Source of the DNA: Chloroflexi bacterium CSP1-4
GTDB taxonomy: Bacteria > Chloroflexota > Limnocylindria > Limnocylindrales > CSP1-4
NCBI GenBank assembly: GCA_001443375.1
Contig: LDXM01000004.1
Location: 75,266 to 139,265 of the forward strand
Length of the DNA: 64,000 nt
Direction: 5' to 3'
Under the pieces are notes generated by a model. It was given only the letters and a program-made list of their open reading frames with translations. It was not told where the DNA came from and did not search any database. Position 1 is the stretch's first letter; the number at the start of each line of letters is the position of its first letter. The position numbers were made by a program, and so were the translations under genes. This document shows positions 57,807 to 64,000 of the stretch, piece by piece.

Positions 57807-60142
57807 CGGCTCTCGGTACGGCGTCACGCTCCTCGCTGTCCTCTCCCGGGGAGCGAACGCTGGCGCCGGCCGAGGGCTGGTCCACCGTGCTGCTCCTGGC
57901 CGCGCTCCTGGCCGCGGTCGGCTTCGCCCTCGACGACGCGCGCTGGGTGGGCACCACGCCGGACGGAGAGAGCCAGACGTGGTTCGTGCCGGCAGCGATC
58001 CTGCTCGGCGCCGCATGGGGCCTGGTCGGTGCCAAGGCGCGGATGCCGGCCCTCGTGGTGCACCTCATCGGCGCCGCGATCGGAAGCGTCGTGGTCATCG
58101 TCCTGGTCGCTGGCGTCGTCTCCGGGGCGCCCGATCTGCTCGAGCGGCTGCGCGGGCTGAACGCGTCGCTGGAGGCCTTCGCCGGTGACGTCTTCGTGCG
58201 GCACCTCCGCTCGAGGGAGACGTCGGTATTCCTGCTCGTGGTCGGGCTCGTCGGGTGGGGCACGGGCGCCTTCGCCGCCTTCGCCGTCTTCCGGCGGCGT
58301 CGTCCGCTGAGCGCCATCCTCATGGCCGGCCTGCTGCTGCTGGCCAACCTGTCACTGACCTTCCAGCCCCAGTTCGTCCATCTCGTCGTCTTCGCGGCTG
58401 CGTCACTCCTGCTGCTCGTGCGCGCCAACCTCGTCGAGCAGCGGGCGGGCTGGGTGCGCCGCCGCATCGGCGATGCCGGCTACGTCTCGGGCCTCTTCAT
58501 GCGCAGCGGCCTGACCTTCGTGGCCGTGGCCATGACCGGCGCCCTCGCGCTCACCGCGTCGGCCAGTTCGGCGCCGCTGGCCGGTGCCTGGCGCGGCCTC
58601 GACGACGACCTCGTGCGCCTCGGGGACCAGCTCAACAAGATCATCGGCGGGGTCAACGCGCCGGCCCGCGGACCCAACGCCCTCTTCTCGTCCGAGCAGA
58701 CCATCCGCGGCCTGTGGGTCAGCTCGAACGAGGTCGTCTTCCGCGCCACGACGAGCGACGGCCTCGGCCACTACTGGCGCGCCGCCGTGTACGACCTCTT
58801 CGACGGCACGACCTGGCACCAGAGCGAGCGCTTCGGCGTGCGCGTGGAGGCGGCGCAGCCGCTCCTGGGCCCGACCCGCGAGATCGTTCCCGAGCTGGGA
58901 CGGCACGAGGTCGCCGCCACAGTCACTGTGGTCGGCAGCATCGGCGACATCGTCCTCACGCCCGACGCGCCCTACGTACTCGACCGGCCGGCCATTGTCT
59001 ATGGCAACGCCGAGGGCGGGCCGTTCGCCGCCGCCGAATTCGCCGACGGCCTGCGTGACGGGGAGTCCTACACCGTGCGCGCGCTGGTGCGCAACGAGCG
59101 CGAGGCCGACGGCGGGTTGACGCAGGCCCGTCTGACCGCCGCCAGCCAGGCCTATCCGGGCTGGCTGGCCCGCTACGCCCACATCGAGGAGGGGTCCGTG
59201 GGTCCGATGACCTACCAGACCGCCGAGCGCATCGTGGCCGCCCTGCCCGCCGACGAGCGCGACGCCTTCCACGTCGCCGACGCCGTCCAGCGCTTCCTCT
59301 TCGCGGGTGACTTCGAGTACCGCACCGACGTGCGCGGCCTGTGCGGCGGCAACCAGGTCGTCGACTGCTTCCTGCGCACGCGCGCCGGCTACTGCGAGTA
59401 CTTCGCGACGACGATGGTCATGCTCCTGCGGACCCAGCAGATCCCCGCCCGCCTGGCCATGGGCTACCTGCCCGGCCGCAAGCTCGCCGATGGGGCCTGG
59501 GAGGTGGACCGCGGCGCCGCCCACGCCTGGGTGGAGGTCTACTTCCCGGGCTACGGCTGGGTCACCTTCGATCCCACGCCGGGCAACACGGAGAACGGGC
59601 AGCGGCCGACCAGCCTCGAGCCGGGAGTGGCCGTCCCGAGCCCGAGCCCCGGCGGCAGTCCCGGGGGACCCGGTGGACGCCGGACTTTCGAGCCGGACGA
59701 GCCGCGCGATCGCCCGGGGGCCAGCCCGGGGGCGGGGAACGTGACCCCGCCGCCGCCCGGAGGAGCCGGCGGCGGGCTGCTGGCCGTGCTCGTCACGGCC
59801 CTCCTTGGTCTGGGCTTGCTCGTGGCCGCGCTGTCGGTCCGCGAGCGGCGCCGGCCGACCCCGGAGCCCGACGTCGTGTATCGCGGAGTGGCCAGGCTGG
59901 CCGGCCGCTTCGGCTACGGGCCGCGCCCCACGCAGACAGCCTACGAGTACGCCACCGTCCTGGGAGAGATCGTGCCGGCCGTCCGCGAGGAGCTGGCGCT
60001 CGTCGCGCGGGTCAAGGTGGAGGCCACCTACGGACGCCGACAGCCGGGCCCTGATGCGATGGCGGCGCTGCGCGCAGCCTACGGCCGGCTGCGGGTCCGG
60101 TTGCTGACGCTCGCCTTCCGCCGTCGCCCGCGCCGGCGCTAG
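57803..60142 (+). CDS. transglutaminase-like domain membrane protein (TgpA-like)
   Basis: GTG overlaps the DUF58 stop (GTGA). N-terminal multi-TM region. Transglutaminase core CEYFATTMVMLLRTQQIPARLAMGY...AHAWVEVYFPGYGWVTFDPT. C-terminal Pro/Gly-rich segment with TM. Confidence 0.8.
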   Translation: MTALGTASRSSLSSPGERTLAPAEGWSTVLLLAALLAAVGFALDDARWVGTTPDGESQTWFVPAAILLGAAWGLVGAKARMPALVVHLIGAAIGSVVVIVLVAGVVSGAPDLLERLRGLNASLEAFAGDVFVRHLRSRETSVFLLVVGLVGWGTGAFAAFAVFRRRRPLSAILMAGLLLLANLSLTFQPQFVHLVVFAAASLLLLVRANLVEQRAGWVRRRIGDAGYVSGLFMRSGLTFVAVAMTGALALTASASSAPLAGAWRGLDDDLVRLGDQLNKIIGGVNAPARGPNALFSSEQTIRGLWVSSNEVVFRATTSDGLGHYWRAAVYDLFDGTTWHQSERFGVRVEAAQPLLGPTREIVPELGRHEVAATVTVVGSIGDIVLTPDAPYVLDRPAIVYGNAEGGPFAAAEFADGLRDGESYTVRALVRNEREADGGLTQARLTAASQAYPGWLARYAHIEEGSVGPMTYQTAERIVAALPADERDAFHVADAVQRFLFAGDFEYRTDVRGLCGGNQVVDCFLRTRAGYCEYFATTMVMLLRTQQIPARLAMGYLPGRKLADGAWEVDRGAAHAWVEVYFPGYGWVTFDPTPGNTENGQRPTSLEPGVAVPSPSPGGSPGGPGGRRTFEPDEPRDRPGASPGAGNVTPPPPGGAGGGLLAVLVTALLGLGLLVAALSVRERRRPTPEPDVVYRGVARLAGRFGYGPRPTQTAYEYATVLGEIVPAVREELALVARVKVEATYGRRQPGPDAMAALRAAYGRLRVRLLTLAFRRRPRRR

Positions 60143-60180
60143 GACGTCGTGCGGCGCGAGGTGGTCGGCGTACCACGATC

Positions 60181-60259
60181 CCTCATGCGCACGTCCCCGG
60201 AACGTTAGAAGCGGCAACCCACCCGGTTCCCTTCATGCGCACGCCCCTTGGGCGCATGA
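60181..60259. repeat. direct and inverted repeats TCATGCGCACG x2 plus GCGCATGA forming a hairpin in a convergent intergenic gap
   Basis: CCTCATGCGCACGTCCCC (60181-60198) and CTTCATGCGCACGCCCC (60229-60246). TCATGCGC-N11-GCGCATGA forms an 8-bp stem. GGAGCCG-atct-CGGCTCC hairpin at 60258-60275. The core ATGCGCAC is the reverse complement of the GTGCGCAT repeat at 21250-21350. Confidence 0.5.
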
Positions 60260-60323
60260 GTGGCCTGGAGCCCGATCTCGGCTCCGGCGAGCTTCTTACG
60301 TTCCAGCCACGTTCATCTGAGGA

Positions 60324-61103
60324 TCAGGCGCGATGAGGCTCAGACGCTACGAGATGGTCGGCAAGGTTGTGGGCGCGCAGGACGGCGCGGCCGTGGCGCA
60401 GGTCCACTACGGTCACGCCGCCGAGCACGAAGGGAAAGGCCCAGAACCGCTCGAGCGGCAGGTCGAGGAGGGCCAGGAGCGCGAGGCGGAAGACGCCTTC
60501 GTGACCCACCACGATGCCCCACGGCCGCAGCGGCGGTGGCGGACCGTAGCCCGGGACCGGTGAGCGCCGCAGGTCGACCGCCACGGACCCCTGGGCCGCG
60601 CCGGCGAGCACCGGGAGGATCCCTGCCAGGGCCGTCCGGACACGACCGTCGGCCGTGGCCAGTGGCTCGCCGCCGGGGGCTTCGTTACCGACCGGCGCAC
60701 GGCGCCAGCGGGCCAGGTCGTCCGCGTAGCGCTCCACGACGTGGGTCAAGAGCAGCCCTTCCCACTCCCCCTGGCCGATCTCCGACAGCCCCGGCTCGGG
60801 CACGAGCGGCGGTCGATCCGCCGGGACCGCTGCGGCCGCGGCGATGGCCGCGGCCGTGGCCTGCGCCCGGCGCAAGGGGGAGTGCCAGATCGCCACCGGC
60901 GGCCCGGCCGGGATGGGCAGCGACCGTGGTGCCCCGGGGTCCGCGAGGCGGGCCGCGACGAGCGCCGCCTGACGTTCACCACGCGGCGAGAGCGGCGGAT
61001 CGCGGCGCCCCTGGAAGCGGTCCTCGGCGATCCAGGTGGACTCGCCGTGGCGGACGAGGACGAGGGTCGCGTCGATGGCCGGAGGGATGAGCGGCGTGGT
61101 CAC
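60324..61103 (-). CDS. histidine phosphatase family protein (dPGM-like; candidate phosphoserine phosphatase)
   Basis: LVRHGESTW...RGERQA with the catalytic RHG motif. Preferred start is GTG at 61103, overlapping the serA stop as GTGA. The ORF-track Met at 61121 is also possible. Confidence 0.7.
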   Translation of the reverse strand: MTTPLIPPAIDATLVLVRHGESTWIAEDRFQGRRDPPLSPRGERQAALVAARLADPGAPRSLPIPAGPPVAIWHSPLRRAQATAAAIAAAAAVPADRPPLVPEPGLSEIGQGEWEGLLLTHVVERYADDLARWRRAPVGNEAPGGEPLATADGRVRTALAGILPVLAGAAQGSVAVDLRRSPVPGYGPPPPLRPWGIVVGHEGVFRLALLALLDLPLERFWAFPFVLGGVTVVDLRHGRAVLRAHNLADHLVASEPHRA

Positions 61104-62659
61104 CCGAGCCGGATGACCCACAGGTCGAGGATCGCGTCGAGGGCCCGGATGCGCTCGGCGACCGCATCGGGCACCGGGTCGTCGAGGGCGAGGATCATGA
61201 AGGCGTCCTGGCGGGGCGTGCTGCGCGCAAGGTGCATGGCGCTGATGTTGACGTCCGCCTCGCCCAGGATGGTGCCCACCCGCCCGATGGTGCCGGGCCG
61301 GTCGTGGTGGCGCGTGATGAGCATCCAGTGCGCCGGCTGCATGTCCAGCCAGTGCTCGCCGAGTCGCACGATGCGCGGCTCGCCGCCGGCGGCGACGGTG
61401 CCGCCCACGGTCGTTGAGCCCTCGAGCGTCACGAGCGACGCGTAGCGGCCGGCGTCGGGGGTGCGCCGCTCGACCAGGTTGATGCCGCGAGCCCGCGCCA
61501 GGAGCGGCGCGTTGACCTGGTTGACCCGCTCCTCGGTCACCGTCTCGAGCAGGCCGCGCAGGGCCGACGCGGCGAGCGGCGCGCTGTCGTAGGCCGCCAG
61601 CTCGCCCGCCACCTCGAGCGTGAGGGCCTCGACGCTGCTCGCGATCTGGGCATAGAGCTGCCCGAGCATCTCGGCCAGCGGCAGGAATGGCCCCAGCGCC
61701 CTGGCCGTCTCGGGCGTCAGGATCGGCGCATTGACGGCGTAGCGGGCGGGCCGTCCGGCCAGGACGTCGAGGACCTGCTGGGCCGCCTCCACGGCCACGC
61801 GCACCTGTGCCTCGGCGGTGGAGGCTCCCAGGTGCGGCGTCAGGACGGTGTTTGGGGCGTCGAGAAGCGGCGAGTCGCGGGGCGGCTCTGAGGCGAACAC
61901 GTCGACGCCCGCGCCGCCCAGCCGGCCGTCGCGCAGCGCCTCGGCCAGGGCCGCCTCGTCGACGACCCCGCCGCGGGCCACGTTGAGGACGATCGCGCCC
62001 GGCCGCATCGTGGCGATGGCGGCCGCGTCGAGCAGGTTGCGCGTCGTGCGCGTGAGCGGGACGTGCAGGGTGAGCACGTCGCAGCGGGCGATCACCTCCG
62101 CACGCTCGAAGAGCGCCACGCCGTGGTTCGCCGCGGCCTCCGCGGTCACGAACGGGTCGTGGCCGATGACCTCCATCTCCATCGCCCGGGCGCGGTCGGC
62201 GATGGCCATGCCGATCTTGCCCAGGCCCACGATGCCCAGGGTCTTGCCGCGCAACTCAACACCGGTGAAGGCGCCACGCTTCCACTCGCCGCGCCGGAGC
62301 GAGGCATCGGCGGCGGCGATGCGGCGGGCCACCGCGTACAGCAGCGCCAGCGTGTGCTCGGCGGCCGCGATCGTGTTGCCGGTCGGCGCGTTGACGACGG
62401 TGACGCCCGCACGTGTCGCGGCCTCGAGATCGACGTTGTCCACGCCGACGCCGGCGCGACCGACGACGATCAGCCGGGTCGCGGCCGCCAGGGCCGGGGC
62501 GTCGAGCTGCACCTGGCTGCGCACGAGGATCGCGTCGTAGTCGGGAACGGCGGCCAGAAAGGCCTCGCGCGAGAGGCCCGTGCGGACGTCCACCTCGTGC
62601 TCGGCACGGAGGAGGTCCAGGCCCTCCGCGGCGAGCGGCTCGGCGACGAGGACCCTCAC
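61100..62659 (-). CDS. serA: D-3-phosphoglycerate dehydrogenase (long form with ASB and ACT domains)
   Basis: GTG at 62659 with GGGAG 6 nt upstream; it overlaps the upstream aminotransferase stop (GTGA). NAD-binding GIVGLGKIGMAIA. Catalytic ...VARGGVVDE..., ...HLGAST.... C-terminal ACT. Length is 519 aa. Upstream ORF-track codons were rejected. Confidence 0.9.
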   Translation of the reverse strand: MRVLVAEPLAAEGLDLLRAEHEVDVRTGLSREAFLAAVPDYDAILVRSQVQLDAPALAAATRLIVVGRAGVGVDNVDLEAATRAGVTVVNAPTGNTIAAAEHTLALLYAVARRIAAADASLRRGEWKRGAFTGVELRGKTLGIVGLGKIGMAIADRARAMEMEVIGHDPFVTAEAAANHGVALFERAEVIARCDVLTLHVPLTRTTRNLLDAAAIATMRPGAIVLNVARGGVVDEAALAEALRDGRLGGAGVDVFASEPPRDSPLLDAPNTVLTPHLGASTAEAQVRVAVEAAQQVLDVLAGRPARYAVNAPILTPETARALGPFLPLAEMLGQLYAQIASSVEALTLEVAGELAAYDSAPLAASALRGLLETVTEERVNQVNAPLLARARGINLVERRTPDAGRYASLVTLEGSTTVGGTVAAGGEPRIVRLGEHWLDMQPAHWMLITRHHDRPGTIGRVGTILGEADVNISAMHLARSTPRQDAFMILALDDPVPDAVAERIRALDAILDLWVIRLG

Positions 62660-63849
62660 ACGGCGCTCCCGGCGGGGACCTGGGCCGACGCGTCGGCCGC
62701 ACGCACGGCCTCCACCAGCGCCGCACCGCGTTCGCCGGGAGGGAGCCCGAGGGCGATGAGCGCATCCTCGATGATGGCCAGGGCGGCCAGCACGTCGTTG
62801 ACCGTCACGGCACCGAGGTGCCCGAGGCGGAGGATGTGGCCGGCGAGCTTGCCCTGGCCGCCGGCGAGGATCAGGCCGCGCGCCTTCAGGGCGCCGTTGA
62901 GGGCGGACCATTCGAGGCCGTCGGGGACGTATGCCGCGGTGACCGTGTCCGAGGCGTGCGCCGGGTCGGCGAAGAGCGTGAAGCCGAGCGCCCGGAGGCC
63001 CGCCCGGGCGGCTGCCCCGCAGGCCCGGTGACGCGCGAAGATGGCCTCGTAGCCCTCCGCCTCGAGGAGTGCGATGGCGACGTCGAGGGCGAAGCAGACG
63101 CCGACCGCCGGCGTCCAGGGCGTCTCGCCGGTGGCCGCGCTCTTGCGATGCGCGGCGAGGTCGAAATAGAAGCGCGGCATGGTCGCTCGTTCCGCCGCCG
63201 CCCAGGCCCGCTCGGACACGCTCACCATGGCCAGTCCGGGCGGCACCATCCAGCTCTTCTGGCTGCCCGTGACGACCACGTCGACACCCCAGGCGTCCGT
63301 CTCGAAGGGGACCGCGCCCAGGCCGCTGATGGCGTCCACGATGACCAGCACGTCGGGCACGACGGTGCGGGCGGCGGCGGCCAGCTCGGCGACCGGGTTG
63401 GTGACGCCGGTGCTCGTCTCGTTATGCGTCAGCAGCACCGCCGCCGGCGCTCGTCCCCGGGCGGCCATCTCGCGTGCCGCGGCAGCCACGTCACCCGCCT
63501 CGGCCGCGCGGCCCCACTCCATCGCGAGTCGGGTCACGTCGGCCCCGTAGGTCGTGGCGATCTTCGCGAAGCGGTCGCCGAAGGCGCCGATGGTGACGGC
63601 CAGGACGGGGTCGCCCGGGGAGAGGTGGTTGACCACCGCCGCTTCGAGACCACCGGTCCCCGACGAGCTCAGCACGAGGATCGTGTCATGCGTGCGGAAA
63701 GCGCGCCCCAGTCCGGCCGTGACGCGCCCCAGCAGTGCCTTGAACTCGGGCCCGCGGTGGTTGACCATCTGTCGGGCGCCCGCCTCGCGGACGGCGTCGG
63801 GCAGCGGTGTCGGACCGGGGACGTGCAGGCGGATCGGCAACGGGCTCAC
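62656..63849 (-). CDS. class V PLP-dependent aminotransferase (SerC-like phosphoserine / serine-glyoxylate aminotransferase family)
   Basis: GTG at 63849 with GGAG 6 nt upstream. Motifs ...VVTGSQKSWMVPPGLAMVSVS... (Schiff-base Lys) and ...LLTHNETSTGV.... Length is 397 aa. First gene of an apparent serine-biosynthesis operon. Confidence 0.8.
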   Translation of the reverse strand: MSPLPIRLHVPGPTPLPDAVREAGARQMVNHRGPEFKALLGRVTAGLGRAFRTHDTILVLSSSGTGGLEAAVVNHLSPGDPVLAVTIGAFGDRFAKIATTYGADVTRLAMEWGRAAEAGDVAAAAREMAARGRAPAAVLLTHNETSTGVTNPVAELAAAARTVVPDVLVIVDAISGLGAVPFETDAWGVDVVVTGSQKSWMVPPGLAMVSVSERAWAAAERATMPRFYFDLAAHRKSAATGETPWTPAVGVCFALDVAIALLEAEGYEAIFARHRACGAAARAGLRALGFTLFADPAHASDTVTAAYVPDGLEWSALNGALKARGLILAGGQGKLAGHILRLGHLGAVTVNDVLAALAIIEDALIALGLPPGERGAALVEAVRAADASAQVPAGSAV

Positions 63850-64000
63850 GGCGGTCTCCAGGACTCGGACGGGGCGCTCCGCGACCGGGGCGGGTCGCCC
63901 GCCGATGGTACCCCGAGTCCCGCCACGGGCGCGTCCGCCGGGTCCCGGGTAGCATGACCAGCCACGAGACAGGAGGCCCACGCCGTTCCGATGACGTCCT

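Overview
This is a 64 kb chromosomal window of very high GC content (about 70%+). Gene content points to an Actinomycetota-like organism: GT87/DUF2029 membrane protein, MshD-like tandem GNAT, Holin-X/DUF3618 pair, fhaA-fhaB-rodA-pbpA, standalone CIRCE-groEL, tig-clpP-clpX after tRNA-Leu, and a T-box upstream of valS. It has only one clpP and no pstP/pknAB, so it may be a deep-branching lineage. I cannot place it more precisely from sequence alone. Because of the GC content the six-frame track is full of long Arg/Gly/Ala-rich phantom ORFs. I called genes only where the translated product has a recognisable fold or motifs, or a clean start signal. Content left to right: (1) a partial MFS transporter; (2) a GT87-like membrane protein; (3) a cyanophycin locus: cphB, cphA, a 31-aa membrane peptide, a convergent CphA paralog that has the N-domain and Mur-ligase M-domain but no ATP-grasp domain, an M20 peptidase and RidA; (4) azlCD; (5) a small Cys protein; (6) a cytoplasmic gamma-glutamyltransferase co-operonic with an OmpR/HK two-component system; (7) an MBL hydrolase; (8) a translationally coupled operon: DrrAB-like ABC exporter, 62-aa basic protein, RsgA, tandem GNAT; (9) an 860-bp structured intergenic region containing a six-copy GTGCGCATCC direct-repeat array, a canonical TTGACA-N18-TATCCT promoter, a 33-aa ORF with SD, and an intrinsic terminator, all immediately upstream of the ABC operon; (10) hypothetical proteins and a class II aldolase-family protein; (11) a class III aminotransferase plus potABCD-like polyamine-type ABC importer; (12) mrp/apbC; (13) cinA; (14) CIRCE-groEL; (15) a Holin-X cluster; (16) tRNA-Leu(TAG); (17) tig-clpP-clpX; (18) kynureninase, MBL, and an AMP-ligase-ACP-acyltransferase tri-domain fusion; (19) T-box leader plus valS; (20) zinc-ribbon/FmdB/HTH small proteins; (21) YihY; (22) fhaA-fhaB-rodA-pbpA; (23) MoxR-DUF58-transglutaminase; (24) a serC-like aminotransferase, serA and histidine-phosphatase operon. 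No transposases, integrases, CRISPR arrays or rRNA were seen. The strongest leads are the ATP-grasp-less CphA paralog and the promoter/leader-ORF/terminator/repeat-array unit in front of the ABC-RsgA-GNAT operon.
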